A DNA stretch of 64,000 bases from NCBI RefSeq assembly GCF_964355755.1, contig NC_092680.1:6882001-6946000 (forward strand), in the 5' to 3' direction. This document shows, one piece after another, positions 26,821 through 40,400 of the stretch (positions are counted from its first letter, which is position 1; the number at the start of each line of letters is the position of its first letter). The DNA comes from Antedon mediterranea. Its lineage: Eukaryota; Animalia; Echinodermata. The notes below the pieces were generated by a model. The model did no database searches. It was not told the DNA's origin and saw only the letters and a program-made list of their open reading frames with translations. Both the position numbers and the translations under genes were made by a program.

Positions 26821-28671
26821 TGAAATTATAGAAATCTAAAGATGCTGTTATTAAACAACACTGTTAAATAATTTCGGAATATTAGATATTTGGAATTTTG
26901 GAATGCTATATACTTATTCTCTTTATTTCCAAAAATGTACAAATACAGACCAGGTTTACAACTTTGTGGCCAAATTGCTTGTAAATTATGAGTAAGAAAA
27001 CAATAGTGTTTAAAATATGCATAAAAATCATTTAAAATGTAATAACATCTTATAAAATATTTTATATTAATTCATTCATTTCTTTTATTTCGGATAGTAC
27101 AACCATATGAGTAGTGTCGGAAATAATATTTTTTTTTATTTTTATATATTCTTAATCTATATTTAATAAGCTTTAAAATGAGCCTTTGTTTATTAAAATT
27201 GGTTTATTATATGAAGAGTTATTAATGAAAACATACGAGTCACTTTCTAGCTCAGGAAATCTTAATTTTGAGAAAATCAACAATGAAGTAGCGACGCCGA
27301 TTAGCTTGGCCTAGCCTAGCCCGCCGATCAACGCGAAAAGACTCTGTCAAAACTCGCTATTTTCTTCTCAATATAACGGCAAACTAGTCGAAAATATATC
27401 ACTGTGTGGTACATAATATTATATTTTTAGTTATTTTTCAAAAATATATGGATAAAAATAACGATTAACTTCCTAAATATTCACAAAATGTTAAAACGTT
27501 CATTCGAGAAACTACGATAGAAGCCAAGCTGCTTATCGTAAACAAAAGCGTCAGCCAATAAGAGAGCGTAATTTATCTCTATAGCCAATCACAGTCAAGG
27601 ATTCATAAATTCTTCTTAGAAAATGCAGCAACCTAACACCTTAATAAAACCAATTTCCATTGGCTAGATTTTAAAAAATCCCTTAGGTTGTTAAAAATTA
27701 TGGTAGCTGATATATTTTCGAACAGATAGGTACCAAACATGACGTAAATTGGGGTTAGTGGTTTGTTTACAAAAGCGCCGTAAAGAAAGTTGATTTTTGA
27801 GTGAACAAAAATACAATTTCCTAATGATTTTCAATGGAAACGACTTAAATAATTGCAAAATACACATACTGTGATATTTTTTTATGAACAAGAGTTGATA
27901 TGTTAAAGATAAGTGTTTATACTATCGTTTCTTATTGAAATTTTAAAATGGATAGGTTAGGCCGTTTTTCACATTCTGAACTTCAAGGCTAAATATCTCA
28001 AAAGTTTGGGGTGCGACTCTGCGCCGCTTTTGTGATACCAGGTCTCGTATACAAATCATACAAAACAAAAAGAGAAACAAATTTCACTAGGAAATTAACA
28101 ATAGCAACTTCCACAAAAACAACTGAATATCCTAAAATATCAATTTGCACCATGCTGATGTAGGTTGGAATGTGGAGGTATGTTAACTATGGTTTTAATC
28201 TGACTATTACATGTCATAAATTCTGTTCTTAAAACTATGAATGGATTAATATTTTAATAAAACAAAGTACAAAAAAAGTTGAAAATGTCAAGTCAGCTTT
28301 GAAGATTATTTTTAATTTAATATAGAATTGTTATTGAACTGTTAGCAAATTTAGCTGTTGTTTATTGTTTCTAGATGGTTTTGACAATTAATGTCAGATG
28401 TCACAATTTAGATGTCACAGTCTAGTCAAGTCATACAAAGAGAGAAAGATCCTATCCTCAGCACAGTTAAATAATAAGATATATTTTGAAATATCATAAT
28501 AATAATAATCATTATAGAAATTACATTAAAAATAGAAAATTTCCAACGTAATTACCTAAAATGTATATTAATTTCACAATTTACCACGACATATAAATGT
28601 CAAGAAGTGAATTAAATGAATAAGCCGTCAAACCAGCAGACAATTCTTGCTTTCTATTTTATCTTCCAAAA

Positions 28672-28707
28672 GGCATCCATGCGGCATCCATGCGGCATCC
28701 ATGCGGC
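28672..28707. repeat. 11-bp tandem repeat (GGCATCCATGC) x3
   Basis: Direct reading. Confidence 0.85.
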
Positions 28708-28959
28708 TCAATGGCTTTAACATCCCATCAGGACAAAATGCGATAAAGCAGTGTTATAATGTCTCGTTGTTTGTGTTAATCTCCACCAACAATATTTAGA
28801 ATTTTGCATAAATTGTATCAGGGGACATAGGCCTAAGAATATAAACATACATACAGTAATATAAACATACAGTACATATTGTTAATATTCTTCAATGTGG
28901 GCTACATTATTTTTTCGGTTTTTGTCAAATTTATCAATTGTATTTAGGTTTAAGGTTTA

Positions 28960-29049
28960 GATGTTTTCATGGTTTTTCACAAGCGCCTTGAGCACTTTAG
29001 TGATATGTGCGCTGTATAAATCTTATTATTATTATTATTATTATTATTA
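28960..29049 (+). mobile_element. L2-type 3' tail (LINE or SINE remnant)
   Basis: aagcgccttgagcac...gtgcgctgtataaat followed by (TTA)n. Confidence 0.65.
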
Positions 29050-30673
29050 CAATGTTACTGTGTGTTCCCTGTATTTTGTATGTTGCCCTGTCATAGTAGT
29101 AGTACTAGTAGTCATGATCATTTTCTTAAATAAGAAATTTATATTATAGAGGTAAACAAACTTCTCATAAACATCTGCAATGGGATAAAAAGATATACTT
29201 TTAAAGGTTATTTTAAAAACGCAAAAGAATTATGTACAGTATTACTACTACGTAGTACTCCCCCTCAGGCACCTTGGCAGCTATGTAATTTTGCTCAATG
29301 TAATTGCACTTAAGTTATGCAGTATCGTCAACTAAATGTCTGAGTGTAAACACTGTTTATGTCTATGCTAAGTTAATTTGACAAAGCTGCTTGTGTACAT
29401 GTTTGTTTAAGGTTTAGTTTCAACAAGACATGTGACACTATTATCATTCAGTGTCATGTTTTATCTAAAATAAATACAAATACATAAACTACAGTAGTCC
29501 TTGGAACCATTAATCAATATGTAACTACATCCTTATTAAATAATGTTTATCATTGGTCTGTATTTAGGCCTTGTAATTAAACTACTTCATAGAGACCTAT
29601 ATAGATTATCTTCTCAAGATATTAGTAGGCAGGCTATGTGTGTATTTTTTCATCTCGTCCAACATTTGCAAAAACTTACTTACTGTGAGGTCATAGCAAT
29701 TTACGGCGACGACTGTACGGCGAGCGCGTGCGATGATACCCTTAATCTCGCGATGGTTCTGAATTCATATGTACATCCCTAATATGTTGTTAAAATATGG
29801 TCCTCAGTAAAGTTGTCCTTTAAAAAAAAGACACTACAGCCTATTCAAGGGACACACTTTAATGGGTCTTATCGCTACTAGGTCTGTATCAATCAACCAA
29901 TCAATATATAGATGTAGAACAATAAATTTTGTATAAATAGATTGTTTTAATCTAAAATATTGTTGTTTATAGTTATTTTTCTAATAAATATTTTAATTTC
30001 ATGGTTGTACGTGCGTTGCTGTCAATCTATTCGATTTGTTTATGATTTTCTATGAAAAATGTGTTTTGTAACGTATTGTTTGGTCTAAAAATATTTTTCT
30101 AATAATCTAAAGATTGAAGTAATATAGAAAATATGTCAGGCAGAGCTGCATATTTAGTATCCAATTCTTAGTTTTTTAATTAACTACTACAGTATATAAG
30201 TCAATATTTAAAATAGAGAAGGCAATAACAGGAAGAAAATACCAACATGTTAGAAGTTTGGAGTACATACATTTCTCTTGGATCTACATTAAAATACCTT
30301 TGACAATAATTGAGTTTATTATTGCAGAAATATTATTCTCACCTGTTTCTATGTTATGTATACTAAAATCCTATGCCTGTTGTTATAACCTATGTACTAA
30401 ATACCTCTTATGCTATAAATGACCTAAGTGATAATATAATGGCACAGGACCTGTGAGTACCATAAATAATTGTATTTTTTGTATTTCATCCCTGTTGCCA
30501 ATGTATATCATATAATAAATACAGTACCATGTTGTGATGTGGATATATATAGGTTGCTCTATTTTACAATGAGAAACGACCTTCTGATTCAACAAGCAGC
30601 ATCAGGGATACCAACTACAGTACTGTATTATGATTTTGGCCATGACATTACGATATATAAGCTAGATTATATA

Positions 30674-30849
30674 GTTCTTATACTATGACTTTATCCAAAT
30701 TCCTTCACTTGCACGGATGAAGGGCTTGTGTGGCCCGAAACATCCAGCCACTGATACCCAAATTTTTTTCAGTAATTTGCCTTTTATATTTTTGTATTAC
30801 CATCATTTCAAATCAAAATGTTGACTCTAATTATATATGAGAAATTATC
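30674..30849 (+). mobile_element. Penelope-like fragment with degenerate hammerhead and a 14-bp flanking duplication
   Basis: AGCTAGATTATATA at 30660-30673 and 30850-30863; ttgca-CGGATGA-agggc-ttgtgtg-gccc-GAAAC inside. Confidence 0.6.
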
Positions 30850-31159
30850 AGCTAGATTATATAAACATTCTTGGTGAATATATTATAACTGGTTCATTCA
30901 ATAGTATGAATGAAATTTAAATGATCTAATATTTAATTTGAGTGTGATGGGAATGAAGAGCTGTAAATCGTATGTTAATGACTGCTTTACACTGTACTGT
31001 CATCTCTACTTCTAAATGTACAGTATTAATCAATATGGTAAACCATACATAATATCCGGAAATTTAATTCATACAAATGCCTTATTAATAGTACTGCTTC
31101 ATTTACTACAGTATGATCAACAATATACAGTACTGTACGTTTTAAACATATATCTTTAA

Positions 31160-31467
31160 AGGTGTATGTCTCCCAAAAACATAAAAAATTTAGATTAATA
31201 AAAGACTTTAAATGCAGTAGGCCATTTCGCAGTTTTAATAAAGTTATTCATTCCGTAAAAAAAAATGTTTTTACTTCTAAAAAGACAAAATTTAACAACA
31301 GTTAAATTCAGCCAAAACCCATTGACTCCAAGTCATTTTCACTGGGCTTTTTAAAATTATAGTTTTTTCAGGTAAATAATACCCTTTTTTTATACAATTT
31401 TTGGTCAAAGTGAATAACTATTAAGTAATTAACTATTAAAATATTTTTTCAGGGGGACAATATATCT
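31160..31467. mobile_element. Kolobok-type MITE (related to 54002 copy)
   Basis: TTAA-aggtgtatgtctccc ... gggacaatatatct; internal sequence similar to 54002-54332. Confidence 0.7.
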
Positions 31468-32179
31468 AATGAAACAAAGCAATAATCATAATAGCAAATA
31501 TGAAAAATCATGCACTGATGGTAGAATATGTTTAATTTCAATTTATTGTTGTTTTTTAATACCCATAGGTACAGTTGTTGAGTCACCTTTGAGTAAAACG
31601 CTGTTCATGGTCGCATACAAGCTTTGTTACGTAAAAATAAATTTGACGTCCAGCACAGCAATATCTGTTGAATAATGACTTTATAATGACCTACTTACTG
31701 ATTGGAAATAGTAATTGAAAAGAAAACTCTAATATCAGATAGTGTAGTTGACTGTAGCGATAGTAATTTATCAATGTAAATGTAGGCTGAAAGGTTACAA
31801 ATTCGTTAACTTAAGGACAGTGCGTAAAGCTAACGCTTTAATTAAAACTTGACTCGTGACACTTGAGATTGACACTGACGATCACCAGAACCTAACTTTC
31901 CTTCTAGATGAATTATCTTGGACTGTTTTGGTTTTTAATTAAGGACCAGAAAGGTCACAACTAGTAAGTCATATTGGCATTTTAGAAAGAGTCTAGAAAC
32001 TGCATTAGAATCACATTTGATTATGGTAGTTGTATAGTGCAAATTAAATGAGATCAAATAGTGCTTACACATCAAATATGTTTTACACAGGTGTTTATCA
32101 ATGCAACCAGTTGACGTCGTTCAGATGTCTTATCCACAAACCGAGCTATAGTCTTCCCATCTTCTCCTAATGTTAATGT

Positions 32180-32482
32180 ACAGTATTTATATAGCGCATT
32201 CCACAAAAAATGTCTTCTAAATGCACTGTAGACAAATTACATGTTTCTCTACTCATCACTACTGTCAATTTCGGTGCTATTTCATCTTTCCATGACAGTG
32301 GCTGTGTGAAGTAGTATACCAGATTCACATGAGCATTTTGTGTACACTGGGCCAAAGGTTTATATAGTACTTATCGGAGAAGGCATGTGCTACCACCAGA
32401 ACCGTGGAGTGAGTGAGCCTCGAGCCCTTGCCATAAGGCTATGAATTACGGTTCCACTGTTTTAACTGCAGGCCACTACTCC
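32180..32482 (-). mobile_element. Diverged copy of the 19413 SINE head with an L2-like tail
   Basis: Reverse complement gives cagtggaaccgtaatt...actcactccacggttctgg, as in the 19413 copy; gcgctatataaata tail near 32185. Confidence 0.65.
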
Positions 32483-32536
32483 TTATAGTCTATAACCAGT
32501 TAAAGGTTTTTATCGCAGGAACATGCAAGCGATTAT

Positions 32537-32712
32537 GTGTTTTGTTTTTTTCCCATCCAACAGTAAGTTTACTCGCAACTTCACAGGATTGATAAACTAC
32601 TCTATATCATGAATGCAGTTTTTCAGATGCATGTTTTGATCACCCTGGCACTATGCCACGATTGAACCCTGGATTTGTGATTGCAAGGCATGCACCCATC
32701 TACAATTCCATT
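32537..32712 (-). mobile_element. tRNA-derived SINE (family of 9957)
   Basis: Minus strand reads ccagggttcaatc...cttactgttggatggg plus A-rich tail. Confidence 0.5.
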
Positions 32713-33078
32713 ATCGGGTGAATATTTTTATTTACAAAACCAAATTTTAGTTATATAGAGTATCACCTACTTTAATTGACATGATACTCAAAGAAAATAT
32801 TAATCTTGTTTATGATTGACGTAACTTTGTTTTTATGATATCCTTTTTCTTATCATTAATCTGCTGTAGTAATCTCAGATTACATTATATCAATATTGGA
32901 ACTTGATTATTATTTATTTAATTTACCAAAAAGCTTTACAACGATAGCATATTTTAATTCCAAAGACAAATTACTAAAAAAAATTATCGAGGTATCAGTG
33001 GCTGGATCTCAATGGAGATACAAAATAAAATAAGAAAAATGCTAAATCAAAATGATAAAGTAAAACAGCCAAAAAAAA

Positions 33079-33116
33079 TAGCTTTTGGGCAACACTAGCC
33101 CTTCATCAGTGCAAAT
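33079..33116 (-). ncRNA. Degenerate minimal hammerhead (Penelope-type)
   Basis: Minus strand: ttgca-CTGATGA-agggc-tagtgtt-gccc-AAAAGCT (GAAA mutated to AAAA); same family as 30710. Confidence 0.55.
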
Positions 33117-34234
33117 AATGTACCGAAAAAAATCTTAATTTGACTATATTTTTGAATACATGGAAATATTATTTATACTCTTTTAAAAATGCGATACACA
33201 AACAAAGTGGTATTTTTGTCAAATCATACAATTCATTTCTCTGCAAAATCTCCCTCGCCATGATTTTGTTGACACGTTGAATCGTGACAAAAATGACATT
33301 TGAGAATATGATATTAGTGAGAAATTGCACTTTGGTCTGTTTGGTGTTCAATAATTGTATTTAATAATTTTTGATATCCTTAATTAATTAATTGGACGAT
33401 ACAAGGTCATACGCCATTTTTGAACTATTACTATTCTCCCTTGTTACAAGATGTTGCGCTATACTAAAAAAGATCACCACATTGATTTTAAGGAAAACAA
33501 TTTCTTCTCTAAAGTGAATCCTTAAATATTTATTAACCTTAAGTGTAATTTAAGGGAAGTATCTCATTTAATGTGATTTATAGATTTGGTAACAGACATC
33601 TAGACTAAAACCTAATCATACAGTAATGTTTGCTTTATTAAATTGCAATTAACTGCTTTTATAGTGACATTCACTTAATAGTAGGCCTATAGAACGTTTA
33701 ATATTAAAAGACCTTCAGAATAAGCAACTAGTAGAGTAAAGTAGTAGGTTATTAAAAGTATATTAAATTATAACCTCTTCAGATAATATTATTTCCTTAG
33801 GAAATATTGGTTTGTTGCAGGTATGTATAATATTATAACTCTCTTTATTGTCTACTGTACTACTCTGATTATTATTGTCAAAGTACTTTTTTATTGTGTG
33901 TAAATACTCTATTGATAATATTTTTTTGGCATTTTTAATTTATACGGAACAGCATGATATATTTATTTACTGTAGAATGATTATATATGGGAAAATCCCC
34001 TTATTTTATTGGTTTTCTATTTATGATTTTTATAGGATAACTCAAACAGGATATGATGGCTATATCAAATGAATCAGTCAGATTAAATTAATTTTAATGG
34101 TAGTCAGTAGTTCTGTAGCACATGTGATACCTGACCACTCTATGAACTAAACAGGAGAAGATTCGGGGGGTGGGGGGGGGGGAATATATTACTGTATTTT
34201 CACGCTGGTTTTAATTATCATGATTGAAACCTTA

Positions 34235-35919
34235 GGGGCCGTCCAAAAACTAATTTTCCGCGAGTTCCGCGATTTTACCTTCATAGTTCATTGAACCTCG
34301 TTTCCGCGGAACGTGCGATACAAAAATATTCATTCGGAATGCTCGCGGAACGCAATTGATGAATATTCATATCAACAATCAAAATGTTGCCGCCCACATA
34401 TCGCGAGTTCCGCGGGTAGCGGCCTAATAAATAGATGAGATCATAGTACAGAATAGCACGTTTTTTTAGGCCTAGCTAGGTTGGCCGACTACGACTACAG
34501 TAGGCTAGTACTCTACTAGGCCTAGTCCTACTTAAACTACTCTGATACTAACGGAGAAAATGATACCAAAACAATTTGTTTGTAGGCATTAACTACAACT
34601 ATTCATACACAGGGTTTCAACCACGGTAAAATTCAAGCCAATGACATTATGTAGTAGAATATAAATTATAGTTATTTTCAGAGTTTCGATTTTTAAACCT
34701 TTTTTTTAATATAAAATTCAAAACACGGACGGACGCCGACCCCTCTCTCTCTGTTAGTTTAGAATTAATTCTGCACATGTATTGTGGACTATACCATTTC
34801 TTTGAGGTCGGTAAAAACGTGTTCGTCAATTTAGTGTACGACGTTGTTAAACAAGATTTTTCGATGATCTGTCGGCTGGATTATTGAGGTGGGTGCGATA
34901 AAATATAAATATAATATACTTCCAACGACCTTCGGATTGAGGTGCGTGTTTAACTTTGTTACTAAAAGTGGACACCCCTAATTTTAGACGTATAATGGAC
35001 TGCACCATGCAGGAACGCACATGGTATTTTCTTATCAGAGGGTGCGTGTACGTCAAAAGGAATTTTTTTCCAACGATCCTTCTAGATCTTTCGTGCGTGG
35101 AGGATGTATGTAGGCCTACACGACGCCGTGTGAAATTTCTTATCAGAGGGGTGCGTGTGCGTCAAATGGAATTGTTTTCCCAATGAATTGAATTGCATGT
35201 GTTCTCGATCGGATCGGCGGTGGGAGGATAGGCTTGGAGTGCGTGTAATGCGTCGTAATCTGATTTATTATTTTCTTTCTGTACTGTACACAGGGGACTA
35301 TCATTGTTTAACAAGCAAGCATTTCATAATAAATCTAGGCCTACCTTGGTAGTTGTTTTTACCAGGCTAGCGGCGTGGCAATGACAGTGTGGCGACAACG
35401 TTAAAAAATGTAAACGCAAGGAGGCCTCTGCAAGCAAGGGAAATTCCCTTGCAAAGAAGTCAGGCGATGTTTGCGTCTTCTTGACATTATTTTCTATCTA
35501 CTTCAGTGGTTTTTATTGTGGTAAAACTCGGGAAGGGCACTCACATTTCATTTATTATTATCTATATATTTATTAATAACAAAAACAAGATCAGACACAC
35601 AAATGGATATAATAATTGTAAACAATATTGAAATATAATTTGTTCTTCTGTAAAAATCAATTACCGTAATACCTGGCTGGCAAAGCGTTATTCAAACGAG
35701 CACTATATTCTCTAGCATTGGCAATACTGCCGCGAGTTCCGCGATATTGTAAGGCTTTCGCGAGTCTCGCGATATTAATTAATATTCATGAGTTCCGCGA
35801 GAAAATCAAGCTTGAATGATTTTGCCTCATTATCGCAAGAGACGTTCACTTTCATGGTTGAGTAAGTAATAGGGTATGTTATCGCGGAACTCGCGGAAAA
35901 TTAGTTTTTGGACGGCCCC
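34235..35919. mobile_element. 1.7-kb non-autonomous PIF/Harbinger-type element
   Basis: Perfect 39-bp TIR GGGGCCGTCCAAAAACTAATTTTCCGCGAGTTCCGCGAT; TTA TSD; subterminal CGCGAGTTCCGCG repeats at both ends. Confidence 0.93.
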
Positions 35920-35967
35920 TTATTAATATTTAAATTGTTGCTAAACTGATATAGGCAAGCTTATAAT

Positions 35968-36264
35968 ATAATAATAATATCCCGGATTTATATAGCGCCT
36001 AATGTTGTGAAACTTCTAAGCGCTGAACATTATTACCCCAGTCATTTTGGATCAAACATGTATGGAAACATACTCCCATAATGCAGCTAATAACAAGCGC
36101 AAGGTTGTGTCTTGATCTAACCGGGTTCTCATTTATACACCTGGGTGGAGAGAGGCAAACGTAAGTAAGTATCTTGCCTACGGATACAAGCAATGCGGCG
36201 AGAGTTGGATTTGAACTTCGATCTCACGATCAGTAGTCGAACGTCCAACACACTGCACCACATG
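35968..36264 (-). mobile_element. tRNA-derived CORE-like SINE with L2 tail, full length
   Basis: Minus strand: tggtgcagtg..agttcaaatcc head; ggcaagatactt..tgcctctctccacccaggtgtataaatg core; agcgcttagaag..ggcgctatataaat(tat)n tail. Confidence 0.82.
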
Positions 36265-37423
36265 TATAATGATATACAAATTAATTAATTAAATTTCAGT
36301 ATATCACCGGGCGGTTTCGAATTAATGTTCATTGCCTAATGTGATAATATTATACAAATATGTATATATTATTGAATAAAGTCTCTCTCTATAATTTATT
36401 TGAATCAATAAGCTTAATTAATTAGTGTATTGGTCGATTGATTTTACATCCTTTTCGTGTTTCAACATGCTTCTATTTACTTTCCTTTTATTACCTGTTA
36501 TATGTCAACCCATTATTGTTTACAAAGTTTTTATGTTGGTTTAGGTTTATATAGAGATAAATAAAATTGATTATAACACACATATGTACATGTATGTGTT
36601 TCATTGGTTGACTTTTATGCTGTGCATTATTTTTAACCATTTCAATGACTGAAGTTACTGTTGCATTGTCAGCTTTTTTGAACAAATTTGAAATTGTTGT
36701 TTGTAGTCGGTATGCCTGAATATTGTGCAATGCGAAACACACATGTAGAATGCGCCATCTATAAATGATCTTCTGTGGTCACAATATGAGCACTGAATCA
36801 GGAAAACGTATGATTAATTGAATAGAAGTTTACCATAGAAAAGTAAGTGTGTTATAAAACAAATTTATGGGTATTTTTTTTCACTGAATAGGGAGAATAT
36901 TTTCATTTGCTGAAGTGACTGTCCTATAAAATATTGTTCAACTCGTGAATATAGTGTTATAAACATATCTATTAGTCTAAAAATAATCAAAGTGTCATTG
37001 AAAAATAGAATAATAGGTTTAATACACTTTATGTGACATTTAGTACATGTAAATACTATTTTTATAACCTATAAAAATCACATTAATAATTAATTTGATA
37101 ATCAATTATAGATACAGCTTAAGTTATTTACATTGAAGATGCATTTTCAATCTGTTTTTTTTAATCCGTTGAAAAAGTCTAAGTTGGTCCCTGATTAAAA
37201 AGGACTTTATCCACTATGACAGAATCCTCATCTTTAATTGCTAAAATTCAGTATTATTTATATTACGGTACATAATATGACCAAATGTCATAAAATCAGT
37301 ATCTAACGATTTGCATCCTGCTGTGTATATAGATAGTTCAATTATAACCCTGTACATTGTAAAGAAATTATAATGATACAATGTTTCATAACAAGTATGT
37401 TTTTTTAACTAACTGTATAAAAC

Positions 37424-37450
37424 CATGGAGAAATAAGTTATTTCTCCATG
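37424..37450. mobile_element. Putative P-element excision footprint
   Basis: ATAAAAC-[CATGGAGAAATAA-G-TTATTTCTCCATG]-ATAAAAC; arm matches the Drosophila P TIR start CATGATGAAATAA at 11/13. Confidence 0.7.
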
Positions 37451-40400
37451 ATAAAACACAATGAACAAATGTGTTAGCAGTATAAAAGTAGAGTAGCTGC
37501 CATTTTGGAATTGAGGCAACATTTATGGTGGACACTATTAGCTTATTTCAACCTGTATTGTTGTTTCAGGATGACAAAACCAGCAAGACTAACTGCAATA
37601 ATGTAAACATTTCCTGAAATGGACCACTCAGTGACATTTCATTTATTAATTTTGCATTTTAAGAAAAACGTTGTCACCTAATAAAGTCACCTTAAATATA
37701 GTCACCTTAAATATGTGTTAGGCCATTGATTTTAAAACATAAATTCCTTGTCTGTTTGACAAGGCAAGTATCTAAAAGAGGGGAAAATAATAGGAAATCA
37801 TTTTTTTATAAAACATTGTAAAATTCTTAAAATTCGATTCTTATAATTTATTTATCGTCCAGTAATAATTTATTCAAATTTAGGGAATATTATGCAAAGA
37901 TAAAGCCATTTATTTAGGAAATATTTATTTCTTTTTATTTGATATTCCAGTACCTGGTATATCACTCTCATACAATTAACATCATGATAGTAATCACTCT
38001 TTTTATTAATGTTTTTCATTTCACTCTACCCTCAGGGAAAATCGTTGATTGCCAATTTCATTAATAGTAATTCTCAATTGTCTGAAGGCTATGTGTGGAA
38101 GTGATATTATTTTATTATTTAGTATTAGTAACTGAAAAATGTTATATTTTATCTCATAAATCGACTTTATGGAAATTTTAATTGTTGAAACTGAAAGTTG
38201 ACAGTTTACAGTATGAACTTCCTTTTTGTTAACACAGAGGGAAGGACTATAAGGAAATGAAAGTGTATTGTATAAAACAATGGATGGTTATTTTTTAAGA
38301 AGTAAATTATATAAAGCTCCTAGTACTTGATTTGTTGATTTCATATCATGTACCATGGGTTACTTCTGTTCTATTGCATGATAAAGTTTTATAATCAATG
38401 GTTCTATTGTATGGCCAGGTTTTTTTTACTGCAATGTGACAAACTGATAAATAATTGGCGAATGAAAAGCAACTTGTAGAGTATGCTGTGTATTGCTATG
38501 CTTAACAGAGCAATATCTATTTGCATGATCTAGCCTTTGAAATTTGATTCAAGAATTTGATTCTAAAAGTTGTGGATTAATTGAACAAAAGTTTACTTTG
38601 GAACTGTAATGAAATATTGTAGAATTTATGCAAGTTAAATTATGTATAAGGCAGTTCTCAACCCAAGTGTGGCGTCTCCAATAACGCTATATCCTCTTAA
38701 CCATATCTGTGACGGATATGCTTAGCAGGTTATAGCATTAATTGTTTGAGAAACTATGAATTTGGAAATGATGTACTAGTACACAAAGCAACAGATTTAG
38801 CAGATGGCCAATAAAACCATAAACAGAACTTACACATCAATATCCTAATTAGATACAGCGTGATTTAATAATTATATTCTTGATTTGTCAGTAGTCTATT
38901 GGAATATTTAGGCAGGACATACCAGACAACGTGTTTATGTTAAGTATATGTCTGAAAATTGCCAAAATATGCATGACATAAACATTACTATATTGTATAA
39001 TGATTGAATGCACAATGTAAACAAAACACAATGGATTAAAATTTCTATTGAATGCGTCAAATATGTATCCATTAAAAAAGAAAATATATTTGATTGAATA
39101 CTTTGATAACCATAGCAAGCCTGCTTATCAAGATTCATTATTTTATTAATTCATCTTTGTCAATTGCATTATTTGCATTTAAAATAGCATACAAATATGA
39201 TACACATCATGATACAAAGGGTAAAAAGACACCAAAAAACACCTTTTAAAATTTGAATTCATTTTCTGAAGTTGGAGGAACGTCTTGTAGAGAAAATATA
39301 AACTACTATATATTAAAAAAGAAAGTATTTCTTTCTACAATAGGTTATATCATTTAAAATCTACACTTCACCTTTTTAATCATACACTAGTTTCTTTTTG
39401 GGTCATTCAATTTGTTTACTTATATATTTGGTTTCGGTTCCTTGAGCAAAATTGTATTTACTGTACAGATTTTCTAATTTTGTTGCAGATTTTATTTGTA
39501 CGTTTTAGGCATTAACAAATTCTGTTTGCCAACTATGCTCTAGTTTTGATTCTCATGATTTAGTTGTTGACATTTATAGTGATGTTGTATTACTGGCAGA
39601 CCAGAGCAGCAGGAATCTCCCACAATGCCCTCTTTCCCTTTCTCTTACCACATTAATCTGAAATTGTTATACTATATATCTATATATGATGAACTATAGC
39701 GTTGTTCCACCATATCAATATTGAACTATATCATGGTCCAATTGCAGAAGATTCCAGGTTCGAATCATGGTTGGTAACTTTTTCATATCATAGATTTTAT
39801 TCACCCTTTTTAAATTAATTGATTTCCAGTACTGTATATTACTAGGCGGTTGGACTTTTCCATTATTAAATAATATTACTGATTTCTTATTTATACACAT
39901 TTTTCTATACCTACTACTGTAATTACTATGTTTTAAACCTACTGTATGTTTTTCTTCAACACTTATTGTAGGTGTATTTTACGTGAAAATGACACAATAC
40001 ATGGTTTGCTCTTCTAATTGTTATCATTAGAGGATGTGATGTAGAGATTATTGATCAAATATATTCTGTAGCGAACACATCTTTTGAAAAGTTTTCATCA
40101 ATTTGTACCTGGAATTACTTTGGGAATTAATTACGGTACTTATGTTTGATTCATTATTTCCTGGTCAGTACTTTAATGATGAAAATGTGAGTTGAATGTA
40201 TGGTTTGTTAATTGTTCTATACTACTATATCCTATTTGATTTGATTTTTGTATCATGTGTGATTGGAATATTTATTCCATCTTTTATTTCGGAATCTCTG
40301 GTCCATGGAAAGTAAAATTACATAAATAAAAATAAATAAGACTGTACTACTACTACTGTACTACTCATCTCAGGATGGCATTCCATGGAGAGCATCTTTG

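Noticed and set aside
29588-29610. CATAGAGACCTATATAG, a P-like half terminus
   Set aside because: No partner arm or TSD found.
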